Shown: positions 20,217-29,152, numbered from the stretch's first letter. The stretch: 64,000 nucleotides of DNA from an uncultured Actinomycetota bacterium (GCA_963784705.1 CAWASC010000012.1:210400-274399); one strand, 5' to 3'. Notes: generated by a model not told the origin, from the sequence alone. Numbers and translations: made by a program.

Positions 20217-21787
20217 CCTACATGGGCAGTCAGCCGCTCACCATCGCCACCATCTTCGACCGCATGCGCACCGTGTACGGCGACAACGTCGTCATCGACG
20301 CGCTGCCGACGGGCACCACACGGACCAGCTACCGCGACCTCGCGGACCGCGTGCTCCGGCTGGTCACGGTGCTGCAGGACCTCGGGGTCCGCCCTGGGGA
20401 CCGCGTCGGGTCGTTCGCCCACAACACCAGCCGGCACGTCGAGCTCTACTACGCCGTACCCCTCGCGGGAGCGGTGCTGCACATGGTCAACATCCGGCTG
20501 CACGCCGACCAGCTCGAGCACGTCATCGCCGACGCCGGTGACACCGCGCTGTTCGTCGACGACGACCTGGTGCCCCGGCTGGCTGATCTCTCACTACCGA
20601 GCGTGCGGACCTTCGTCCGCCTCGGCAAGGGCGAGACCTCAGGACTACCAGGGCTTCTCGAGGCCGAGGACCTGATCGCCGAGGCAGCGCCGTGTGCCGC
20701 TCTCCCGGAGCTGACGGAACAGATGCCGGCGGGGATGTGCCACACCAGCGGCACGACGGGGATGCCGAAGGCGGTCGTCTACACCCACCGGTCGACGTAC
20801 CTGCATGCCATGGCGGCGTGCATGGTCGACGCGCTGGGGCTGTCCGAGGCGGAGCGGGTCCTGCCGGTCGTCCCGCTGTTCCACGCGTGCGGCTGGGGAC
20901 TGCCGTACGCCGCGCCCTTCACCGGCGCGGAGCTCGTGCTGGCCGGCAGTGACACCAGTCCGGCCCATCTCGCGCGCGTCATCGACGAGCAGGAGGTGAC
21001 CTGGGCCGCTGGTGTTCCCACGATCTGGACCGGGCTGCTGCCGCTGGCCGCCGAGCTCCCGTCGCTCAAGGTCCTCGGCGTCGGCGGCTCCGCCACACCC
21101 CGGGCCCTGATGGAGGCGTACGACGCTCTGGGCATCTCGATCCTGCAGATCTGGGGGATGACCGAGACCTCCCCGGTCGCTTGCACGTCCCGTCCGCGCC
21201 GGCGTCACGTTGGTCTGGACGCCGACTCGCTGCGGGAGGTGCGTGCGCGCACAGGCACCATCTTCGCGGGGCTCGAGGCGCGGATCGTCGACGAGGCAGG
21301 CGATCCGCTGCCCTGGGACGGCGAGAGCGTCGGTGAGCTCGAGTGCCGTGGGCCGTGGGTCGCGACCGACTACTGGGGCGGGGCGCCGGAGAAGTTCCAC
21401 GACGGCTGGTTGCGCACCGGCGACATGGCACGGATGGAGCGGGACGGGTACTTCACGATCGTCGACCGGTCCAAGGACCTGGTGAAGTCCGGCGGTGAGT
21501 GGATCTCCAGCGTCGAGCTCGAGGGCGCCTGCCTCGCTCATCCCGCCGTTCGCGAAGCAGCCGTCGTCGGCGTGCGATCGCTGAAGTGGGACGAACGGCC
21601 GGTGGTGGTCGCCAGCCTGAACGCGCCGTTGACCTTGGACGAGCTGCGGGAGTTCCTCACCGGACGCATCGCCAAGTGGTGGCTGCCCGACGACCTCGTC
21701 GTCGTCGACGAGGTGGCGAAGACGAGCGTCGGGAAGTACGACAAGAAGGTGCTGCGGTCCCAGCTCGCGGACGTGGTCCTGCCGTGA
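20213..21787 (+). CDS. AMP-dependent acyl-CoA synthetase/ligase (fatty-acid-CoA ligase-like)
   Basis: ATG 20213 has an ATGA overlap and is an internal start of track ORF 19802..21787. The AMP-binding motif is TSGTTGMPKAVVYTHRS. GWLRTGD and SGGEWISS motifs are also present. Confidence 0.9.
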   Translation: MTYMGSQPLTIATIFDRMRTVYGDNVVIDALPTGTTRTSYRDLADRVLRLVTVLQDLGVRPGDRVGSFAHNTSRHVELYYAVPLAGAVLHMVNIRLHADQLEHVIADAGDTALFVDDDLVPRLADLSLPSVRTFVRLGKGETSGLPGLLEAEDLIAEAAPCAALPELTEQMPAGMCHTSGTTGMPKAVVYTHRSTYLHAMAACMVDALGLSEAERVLPVVPLFHACGWGLPYAAPFTGAELVLAGSDTSPAHLARVIDEQEVTWAAGVPTIWTGLLPLAAELPSLKVLGVGGSATPRALMEAYDALGISILQIWGMTETSPVACTSRPRRRHVGLDADSLREVRARTGTIFAGLEARIVDEAGDPLPWDGESVGELECRGPWVATDYWGGAPEKFHDGWLRTGDMARMERDGYFTIVDRSKDLVKSGGEWISSVELEGACLAHPAVREAAVVGVRSLKWDERPVVVASLNAPLTLDELREFLTGRIAKWWLPDDLVVVDEVAKTSVGKYDKKVLRSQLADVVLP

Positions 21788-22791
21788 GGAAGCTCCTCGT
21801 CCTGCTGCTCCTGCTCGCCCTCGCGCCACTGGCCAGTGCCGATCCCGGCAAGCCGGCGCGCACCCGTCCCCAGAAGGCGGCGGCCGCGAAGTTCGCCGCT
21901 GATGTGCCGGTCCTCAAGGACACCGAGTGGGGGTGGCGGGTCGGTGGGTGGGGCGGCATCCGCAAGGGCTACCCCCTCAAGCACGTCCCGGTGATCTTCG
22001 TGCACGGCAACAACGTCGACGCCGCCGACTGGTACCCCGTGCGCGACGACTTCCGCGCCGCCGGGTGGACCGACCAGGAGCTGTGGGCCCTGTCCTACGC
22101 CGGACTGGGCGGCTCCAACGGCACGGCGCTGTTCACCCCCAACCCACAACGGGATGCCGAGCACCAGGCCGAGGGCAAGGACGGCACGACGTACATCACC
22201 GAGGACGACGTCAACGTCCCTGACCTGTACCACTTCATCCACCTCGTGCAGGCCTACACCGGCTCGAAGGAGTTCATCCTCATCGGGCACTCGCTCGGGG
22301 TGACCCTGGCCCGCGAGACCCTGCGCGTGCACCGCGAGCTGCGCCCGCTCCTGCGCGCCTTCGTCGGCATCGCCGGCGCCAACCACGGGACGACCTTCTG
22401 CCCGCCAGGGTCGGAGGGCAACGTGGTGTCCTGCGACGAGATCGCTGCCGGGACCGCCTGGCTTGCCCGGCTCAACGCCGCCGGCGAGACCTACGGTCCC
22501 GCGAAGTGGATGACGGTGTACGACGGCAGCGGTGCGGGTGACCCGGCGTACGTCGGTCCGACCTACGCGCAGTCGCCACGACTGGAGGGTGCGGACAACC
22601 GGCAGTTCCCTGGGACCTACCACAACGACCTTCGCCTGGACCCGGCCATCGTCGCGGTCTACCGCGCGTTCGTGGAGAAGTACGCGACGCCGACCGTGGT
22701 GAAGCGCCGTACGTCGCCACCGGCGCACGGGACCCGGAGCGGGCCTGCTGGTGGCGGCGGCTGCGCGGCCTTGGGTGCCCGCGCCTGTTGA
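21784..22791 (+). CDS. secreted lipase (class-2 lipase-like alpha/beta hydrolase)
   Basis: GTG 21784 has a GTGA overlap. The signal peptide is RKLLVLLLLLALAPLASA. VIFVHGNN is followed by the nucleophile elbow LIGHSLGV. Confidence 0.75.
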   Translation: MRKLLVLLLLLALAPLASADPGKPARTRPQKAAAAKFAADVPVLKDTEWGWRVGGWGGIRKGYPLKHVPVIFVHGNNVDAADWYPVRDDFRAAGWTDQELWALSYAGLGGSNGTALFTPNPQRDAEHQAEGKDGTTYITEDDVNVPDLYHFIHLVQAYTGSKEFILIGHSLGVTLARETLRVHRELRPLLRAFVGIAGANHGTTFCPPGSEGNVVSCDEIAAGTAWLARLNAAGETYGPAKWMTVYDGSGAGDPAYVGPTYAQSPRLEGADNRQFPGTYHNDLRLDPAIVAVYRAFVEKYATPTVVKRRTSPPAHGTRSGPAGGGGCAALGARAC

Positions 22792-22811
22792 CCTGCACCG
22801 GGTGGTGCGTG

Positions 22812-23102
22812 TCAGGAGCTCGGCGTCACCTCAGTGAGAACCCGTCCAGTGGGAGCCCCCTGAAGACCTGGTGAGGCGTCAGCCGACGCCCACACAACGG
22901 TCTGGAGGAAGCCGAGAAAGGCCGTGGCAGCAGCCACGTCGTCGAAGTCCAGGTGCACGTAGATGTAGTGCTCGTCGTCGACGGGCTGGTGCACGCGTGT
23001 CCGCCGGACGCCAGCGCTGGCGCGGGCCTCAGCAAAGCGGTTGAAGGCACCAAGCCACGTGGCGAGATCGGTGATCGCGTGCTCGATGTGCAGCGTTGCC
23101 AT
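22812..23102 (-). CDS. small hypothetical protein (96 aa), possibly a dimeric alpha/beta-barrel type
   Basis: ATG at 23102, the C-terminal 96 aa of track ORF 22812..23354. The sequence is MATLHIEHAITDLATWLGAFNRFAEARASAGVRRTRVHQPVDDEHYIYVHLDFDDVAAATAFLGFL. Third-position G/C is high. The fold guess is tentative. Confidence 0.55.
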   Translation of the reverse strand: MATLHIEHAITDLATWLGAFNRFAEARASAGVRRTRVHQPVDDEHYIYVHLDFDDVAAATAFLGFLQTVVWASADASPGLQGAPTGRVLTEVTPSS

Positions 23103-23450
23103 GCTGGCTCCTCTCCACACAACGTCCGCGCACCTGCGCGAAGGGAACCTATCGCCCACGGGGGATGCGTGGTGCGCGCCGTGCTTGCCCGTCCGGCCAG
23201 CGGTCGGGCTGCGTGGTGCCAGGTGCTGCTGTCGATCCCGGCCCGGTGGGTGGGGTGGACGAGCGGCGGGTGGGTGAGGGTCCAGCCGCCGCGACGGTGC
23301 CGCTGAAGCGCTCTGTGCACTGTGACCACTCGCTGGCGGACGCCCGTCAAGCACTCAGACAGCGAGCCCAGCGAGTCTTCGGGCTCGATTCGCGGCACGC
23401 CGCAAACCCGCGAACGGCTGGCGCGGCGCACGCGTTGCGGCCCCGCGTTC

Positions 23451-25128
23451 CTAGAACGGCGGGTCGTCCGCACCTTGCGTCGGCGGCTCCGGCTCAGGCT
23501 CCGGCTTCGGCTCCGCCGACCCTTCGGGGGTGGCGGGGTCGGGCAGTGTCAGTGGTTCGTTCCAGGTGCTGTCGTCGAAGGCCGGCCCGGGTTGGTCGCG
23601 GACCAGCCGTGGTGTGGGGAGGTCGGTGTCGTAGGGCAGGGGGGTGGGTGCTTGCCAGACACCGGGGCGTTGGTAGACGTGCCCGAGGGGGCTCTGCCAC
23701 TGGTGCTGCTGGGTGTCGAGGTCCCGTGCGGTGGCCCAGGTGTGGTGCTTGGCGTGGTGGCAGCGACGGCTCTTGCTGCTGAGGTTCCACGAGGCCGTCG
23801 GACCGTCGGGCCACGGGGTCTCGTGGTCGGTGTCGCAGGCCCGCGCGGGCATGCTGCACCCTGGGCCGGTGCACGTCTGGTCGCGCAGCTGGAGGAACTC
23901 GCTGAGCCCTCGGGTGGGGTCGTGCCCGGCGAGGGCGTCTTCACGGACGGCGACCGGTTCGAGCAGCGACAGCAGCCGCGCGCGGATCTGCTCGGCGATC
24001 ACCTGATCACGGTCAGGATCGGCGTCGGGGTCGGCGTCGGGGTCGAACAGCTCCGGTGGCGGCAGGGTCTGCGGGTCCAGGTGCAGCGGGGTTCCGGTGT
24101 CGGCGTCGACGAGCAACCGACGCAACCCCGCTGCGGGCAGCAGCAGCCGGGCGCGGTGGGGTGTGACGGGGCCGAGGCCGTCGATCCAGCCGCACCGGTG
24201 GTCGGTGTCGATCAGCGTCGTGACCGGGACGTGCACCACGATCGTGCGCGGGTCTCGCACCCGGAGCCCGTGCAGCACCGTCCCGAGGGCCAGGTCCTGC
24301 CCGGAGCCGGCCTGTTCGGAGCCGGCCTGCTCGGTGCCAGACAGTTCGGTGCCGACAGCTCCGATGCTGAGTCTGCTGAGTCTGCTGGGTCTGGGCGCGA
24401 AGGAGCGCGAGCAGCCGGCCGGGCAGCGCGGCGAACACGTCCGCGCGGCGCTGGTTGCGGGTCCGCTGGACCCCGTGGGTCTGGTCGTAGGCGGCCTGGG
24501 CCCGGACGAGCTCCTCGAAGTCCAGGCACCAGCGCTGCCCCACGAGCTGGTCCACGGTGGCCCCGATCTGCGCCATCCCGTCCTCACCGGGCGCGACCCA
24601 CACGTTCCGGTCGTCCCGGGCCTGCTGCTCACGCTCGCGGACCAGATCAGGATCGAGGTCCACCTCGGTCTGGAGCACGACCGCACGCAGCAGCCGCCGC
24701 AGGTCGGTGGTGTTGTCCGCGGCGAGCCGGGCCAGGACCCTGCGCTCGACCTCCGCCGCGACCTCATCGGTGCACCGGCGGGTCAGGCTCAGCAGCAGCT
24801 CCACGGTCGGCACGAACACCGCGCCCTGCTCGAGCAGCGCAAGGGTCCCGCGCAGCACCTCCACCAGGCGGCGCGCGTCGCTCAGCTCCGTGGTGGCCCT
24901 GGTCTGCCCGATCCTCCCCGTCCCCGCGAGCTCCAGGATCACGTCGTCACGACCACCAGCGGCCTGCTCCCACCGCTCACTCAACGCGTAACGCGCCCGC
25001 ACCCGACGCGCATAAGCGCGGGCGTAGTCAGCATCCGCGAACCTGACCTCCGCCAGCGCCGCGCGTTGCAAGTCAGGCAGGGCGTAGGCATCGGCAGGTC
25101 CGCCTCCGGAGCTGGACTGAGCGCGCAT
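23451..25128 (-). pseudogene. DUF222/HNH endonuclease (actinobacterial 13E12-type), frameshifted
   Basis: The N-terminal DUF222-like part is in track ORF 24013..25128 (...LSDARRLVEVLRGTLALLEQG...DPDLVREREQQARDDRNVWV...). The C-terminal part is in track ORF 23451..24767 (...WIDGLGPVTPHRARLL...LQLRDQTCTGPGCSMPARACDTDHETPW...NLSSKSRRCHHAKH). The frame break falls in the repeat-rich 24330-24400 stretch. Confidence 0.8.
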
Positions 25129-25154
25129 CGAACCTCCCGCCTAGTGAAGGGTCT

Positions 25155-25184
25155 AATGTATCGACTTCAGATTCGATTTGTCAA
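25155..25184 (-). promoter_or_regulatory. sigma-70-type promoter candidate for the HNH gene
   Basis: On the minus strand: TTGACA (25184-25179), an 18-nt spacer, then TACATT (25160-25155). GGGAGG follows at 25138-25133 and the ATG at 25128. An inverted repeat TCGATTT-N9-AAATCGA (25173-25195) overlaps the -35. Locally this is the most AT-rich DNA in the window. Confidence 0.5.
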
Positions 25185-25688
25185 CCAAAAATCGAGCATT
25201 CACAGGGATTTTTCGATCTCACGCGATCTGCTGTCACTGTCAGTTTGCCGCTGTGCACCTGCCGCTCTGAGGGCCCACGCGTCGGGACCTGCGACGTTCT
25301 CAAAGGCCCCGTCACGCTGCCACGTCTTGTGGGGGTTTCGGAAAGTAGGCGCTCTCGGAGCGGCTACGTCCTTGCATCGCACGAGATGCGCCGGCCGACT
25401 GGGCGATCGGCAAGACATCGGTGCACGTCTCCGCGGTCTTGAGCCGCCGGCCGCAGTCACCAACCACAACCCGGACTGACACCCTGGGCCGCAGGTCTGG
25501 GCTTCGGGGCTGGCGGGTGACCGCGGACAGTTCAACATCCCTGTAGGCGGACACGGCTTTTCCCTGCTGGCGGACAGGTGCTCTCCCTGTCCGTGGGCTT
25601 TCGGGCCGTCGTGTCGGTCCGTTCCGTGAGGTCCCTCCGGGGCTTGTCTCGAGGTCTCTGACCACGCACGAGCCGGAGCCCCCAAAAT

Positions 25689-26579
25689 TCACAAGGGAGG
25701 CGCGAACCCACCCCGCGCCGGCGGCTCCACCGGGCGCGTCGGTTCCACCGGGCGCGTCGGCGCCTCCGGGCGAGCTGCCTCGGCCGCGAGCGGCGGGTTG
25801 CGCGGCGACGGTGAAGCCGGGGCAGTCGGCCCGCCGCCGCGAGACAGTGCCCGCTGGCGGCGCTCGGCCAGCACCGCGGACAGGTACGCCCACGCCGGTG
25901 TCCCAGCAGGCGCAGCAGGAGTGACGACCTGCGCCACCTGCGTCGCGAGCCGCCGGGCGAGGTCCTCCTGCGCGGCGGGCGTCATCGCCGTACGCCGGGC
26001 GAGGTAGGAGCGGACCGCAAGAGCGAGCTCGTCGGGCAGGCGCGACAGGTCGAGGGTCGAGGCCCAACCGAACAGGGGCGGCGGCATCATCACCTCCTGG
26101 TCCCGGGGCGCGACCACCCGCTCCTGCACGACCACCGTCCCGGCGGCGAGGTCGCCGAGCCGCTTGCCGGACGGGTGCGCAAGGGACGTGATCACCGCAG
26201 CCGAGCCGAGCGTCACCCCGGGCTTCTCGACGACGAAGCCGATGAGCCCTCTGACGAACACCTGCCGGAACGCGACCGGACCGGCGTCGTCCCGGACGAC
26301 ACGCAGACCGAGGGCGAGCTTGCCGAGTGTCCGGCCGCGCCACAGCGTCTCCGACAGCACCGGGTAGGCGAGCCCGGCGAGGGCGTAGGACATCACTGTC
26401 AGCGCCGCGATGGCCGCGCCCGAGCTCCCCCCGGCTGTCAAGGTGATGAGCAGGACCAGTCCGACGAACAGGGCCAGTTGCACCGCCCCGTCGATCAGCC
26501 CGGCGAGCAGGCGCGAGGCCAGCCCGGCGGTCTGCACGTCGAGCGCGACGGCCTCTCCGGTGACCAAGGGTGTGCTCAC
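25689..26579 (-). CDS. RDD family membrane protein
   Basis: GTG at 26579, an internal start of track ORF 25689..26660. The sequence runs VSTPLVTGEAVALDVQTAGLASRLLAGLIDGAVQL...WRGRTLGKLALGLRVV. The C-terminal Pro-rich tail carries an 18-bp x2 repeat (PTRPVE, 25723-25758). Confidence 0.8.
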   Translation of the reverse strand: MSTPLVTGEAVALDVQTAGLASRLLAGLIDGAVQLALFVGLVLLITLTAGGSSGAAIAALTVMSYALAGLAYPVLSETLWRGRTLGKLALGLRVVRDDAGPVAFRQVFVRGLIGFVVEKPGVTLGSAAVITSLAHPSGKRLGDLAAGTVVVQERVVAPRDQEVMMPPPLFGWASTLDLSRLPDELALAVRSYLARRTAMTPAAQEDLARRLATQVAQVVTPAAPAGTPAWAYLSAVLAERRQRALSRGGGPTAPASPSPRNPPLAAEAARPEAPTRPVEPTRPVEPPARGGFAPPL

Positions 26580-26586
26580 CGGCCTA

Positions 26587-27609
26587 GTGTGCCCTCTCGT
26601 GGACCTCGACGCGTTCCTCGCGCAGCACCGGCCGGAGTGGGCCCGGCTCGAGCAGCTCACCGTCCGCGCCCGTCGTCCGCGGCGGATGACCGGAACCGAG
26701 GTCGACGAGCTGGTCGAGCTGTACCAGCGCGCGACGACCCACCTGTCGGTCCTGCAGTCCGCCGGCCCCGACCCGGCCGTCCTCGGACGGCTCAGCGCAC
26801 TGGTGGCCCGGGCGCGTGGCGCGGTCGCCGGGACGCGGCAGTCCGGCTGGAGCGACGTGGCGCGCTTCCTGCGCGTCGACTTCCCGGCCGTGCTCTACCG
26901 GACCCGCTGGTGGTGGGGTGCGGTCGCGCTGGCCTTCGTCGTGGTCGCCTTCGGGTGGGGTGCGTACGTCGCCACCCACCCGGCCGTCCAGGACGCCATC
27001 GCCACGCCGGACCAGGTCCGTCAGCTCGTGCAGACCGACTTCGAGAGCTACTACTCCTCCGCGCCGGCGCAGGACTTCGCGGCCCGCGTCTTCACCAACA
27101 ACGCGCTGATCGCCGCGGCGTCCGTGGCCTCCGGGATCCTGCTCGGGATCCCGGTGGTGTTCGTGCAGTACCAGAACGCCGTGAACGTCGGCATCGCCGG
27201 CGGGCTGCTCGCGGCCAACGACCGGGCCGGTCTGTTCTTCGGGCTGATCCTCCCGCACGGGCTGCTCGAGCTCACCTCGGTCTTCGTCGCGGGTGGGCTC
27301 GGCCTGCGGCTCGGGTGGACCGTCATCAACCCGGGTCGGCGGACCCGCACCCAGGCGCTGGCCGAGGAGGGCCGTGCCCTGGTGGTCGGTGCGATCGGTC
27401 TGACGATCATGCTGTTCCTGTCGGGACTCATCGAGGGCTTCGTGACGCCGAGCGGCTTGCCGACCTGGGCCCGCATCGGCATCGGCGCGACCGCGGAGCT
27501 GCTGTTCCTGCTGTACGCGCTGGTGCTCGGGAGGCGGGCTCACCTCGCCGGTGCGAGCGGCGACATCGACGAGGACCTGCGCGGCGCCTCGGTCCCCGTG
27601 AGCGGATGA
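26587..27609 (+). CDS. stage II sporulation protein M-like (DUF95) membrane protein
   Basis: The start is GTG 26587 or 26599, within track ORF 26410..27609. Supporting sequence: VDLDAFLAQHRPEWARLEQL...ELVELYQRATTHLSVL...FTNNALIAAASVASGILLGIPVVFVQYQNAVNVG...ILPHGLLELTSVFVAGG. Confidence 0.8.
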   Translation: MCPLVDLDAFLAQHRPEWARLEQLTVRARRPRRMTGTEVDELVELYQRATTHLSVLQSAGPDPAVLGRLSALVARARGAVAGTRQSGWSDVARFLRVDFPAVLYRTRWWWGAVALAFVVVAFGWGAYVATHPAVQDAIATPDQVRQLVQTDFESYYSSAPAQDFAARVFTNNALIAAASVASGILLGIPVVFVQYQNAVNVGIAGGLLAANDRAGLFFGLILPHGLLELTSVFVAGGLGLRLGWTVINPGRRTRTQALAEEGRALVVGAIGLTIMLFLSGLIEGFVTPSGLPTWARIGIGATAELLFLLYALVLGRRAHLAGASGDIDEDLRGASVPVSG

Positions 27610-27853
27610 GCATTCCTGTGGTGGGGCCGTCCGAGGCGTCGACAGGTTCCGCGAGCAGTGGCTCCCGGACCGGCTGGCGGCGCTCGACGCCAGCGGGCTG
27701 CCGACAGTCGTGGACACCTTTGCCAGTGCCCGCGACCTGCAGCGCGCCCACCCCGGCGCTGCTCCGGTGGTGGGCCGGACGACGCAGCTCGCCCTCGTCG
27801 CCGCCGTGCTCGTGATCCTCGCTGTGCTCCTTGTCGTGGGCCTCACCGGGTAG
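27606..27853 (+). CDS. small C-terminally membrane-anchored protein; needs a frame correction at the G-run 27623-27626
   Basis: This gene is not in the ORF track. ATG 27606 overlaps the upstream stop (ATGA). From about 27626 the neighbouring frame carries a clean coding signature to TAG 27851-27853: ...VDRFREQWLPDRLAALDASGLPTVVDTFASARDLQRAHPGAAPVVGRTTQLALVAAVLVILAVLLVVGLTG. That frame has no canonical start codon of its own. Confidence 0.45.
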
Positions 27854-27859
27854 CCCGGA

Positions 27860-29152
27860 TCACAGCCGTCCGGCAGCCTTGAGCCCCAGGTAGGCATCGG
27901 ACACCGCGGAGGAGAAGCTGCTCGGCGGTGCGTCGACGACCTCGACGCCCTGGCGGCGGAGCAGCGCTGTCACCTCACGTCGCTCGGCACGTGCGCGTTC
28001 TGCCGAGGCAGCGGCGTAGACCGCATCGAGCTCCCCTCGCCCTCCGGCGAGCTCCTCGACGCGTGGGTCGCCGACCGAGCAGAGCAGCACCGTGTGCCGA
28101 CTCGTCAACGACGGCAGCACCGGCAGCAAGCCCTCGCGCAGGGCCGGGCCGTCCAGGGAGGTGAACAGCACCAGCAGGGACCGACGGCGGGTACGGCGGA
28201 GCACCTCGCCCACCAGCCGGCGGCCGTCGGTCTCGACCAGCGCCGGTTCGAGCGTCGCCGTGACGTCGACCAGCCGGGCCAGCAGGTCGCTGCGCCCCGC
28301 GCCCCCAACTGCCCCGCGCACCTCCCGGTCGAGGGCGAGCAGGTCGACCCGGTCACCCGCCCGGGACGCCAGCGCCCCGAGCAGCAGCGCGGCGTCCAGG
28401 GCGTGGTCCAGACGGGGTACGTCGCCGACGCGACCGGCGGAGGTCCGTCCGGTGTCGAGCACCAGCAGCAGGTGCCGATCGCGCTCCGGCCGCCAGGTGC
28501 GCACCATGACGTCGGACCGGCGGGCGGTGGCGCGCCAGTCGATGGACCGGACGTCATCACCCCCGACGTACTCCCGCAGCGAGTCGAACTCCGTGCCCTG
28601 GCCGCGGGTGCGGGCGAGCAGCTGGCCGTCGAGGCGCCGCAGCCGGTCGAGCTTCTCCGGCAGCAGGGTGCGGGAGTGGAACGGCGGCTGCACGCGCACC
28701 CGCCAGGGGACCTCGTGCCGGCCCTGGCGCGCAGCGATTCCCAGTGGGCCGGTGCTGCGGACGGTAACCCGGTCGGGCCGGCGGTCCCCTCGACGGGTGG
28801 GGAGCAGCGAGGTCGTCAGGACCCGCCGCTCGCCGGCCGGGAGCGTGACGTCGTGGGTGCGAGGCGTCGCTCCCGCCGACGGCACCCAGGCATCGCGCAG
28901 CACCCCGCGCAGTCGTCGTCGACCGGTGTTGGTCACGGTCAGGGTGAGGTGGGCCGACGTCCCCAACCGGCAGGCGGTGTCACCGGCCCGCTCCAGCCGC
29001 AGCCCTGACACGGGCGCAGCGAGGGTCACGTCGAGCAGCGTCAGCACCAGCAGCACCAGAGCGACGAGCAGCGTCGTACCTCGGCCGGGGTAGAGCACCG
29101 CCGGCACGAGGCCGAGCAGGGCCAGCAGCACCGCCCGGCCGGTGAGCGCCAC
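27860..29152 (-). CDS. DUF58 domain-containing protein
   Basis: GTG at 29152, the C-terminal 430 aa of track ORF 27860..29995. There are two N-terminal TM helices, then ...GTEFDSLREYVGGDDVRSIDWRATARRSDVMVRTWRPERDRHLLLVLDTG, the DUF58 core. Confidence 0.85.
   Translation of the reverse strand: MALTGRAVLLALLGLVPAVLYPGRGTTLLVALVLLVLTLLDVTLAAPVSGLRLERAGDTACRLGTSAHLTLTVTNTGRRRLRGVLRDAWVPSAGATPRTHDVTLPAGERRVLTTSLLPTRRGDRRPDRVTVRSTGPLGIAARQGRHEVPWRVRVQPPFHSRTLLPEKLDRLRRLDGQLLARTRGQGTEFDSLREYVGGDDVRSIDWRATARRSDVMVRTWRPERDRHLLLVLDTGRTSAGRVGDVPRLDHALDAALLLGALASRAGDRVDLLALDREVRGAVGGAGRSDLLARLVDVTATLEPALVETDGRRLVGEVLRRTRRRSLLVLFTSLDGPALREGLLPVLPSLTSRHTVLLCSVGDPRVEELAGGRGELDAVYAAASAERARAERREVTALLRRQGVEVVDAPPSSFSSAVSDAYLGLKAAGRL

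Noticed and set aside
23103-23450. A possible gene between the 96-aa orphan gene and the HNH stop (minus-frame peptide ...IEPEDSLGSLSECLTGVRQRVVTVHRAL...).
   Set aside because: Third-position G/C is only moderately raised. There is no start-to-stop structure consistent with a gene, and no motif. It may be a degraded remnant, but there is not enough evidence for a feature call.
25200-25685. A 161-aa minus-strand ORF, and the 65-aa plus-strand ORF 25245..25442, in the gap between the RDD and HNH genes.
   Set aside because: Neither has codon-position periodicity, the composition is not protein-like, and there are no motifs. The region is treated as non-coding or structured RNA instead.
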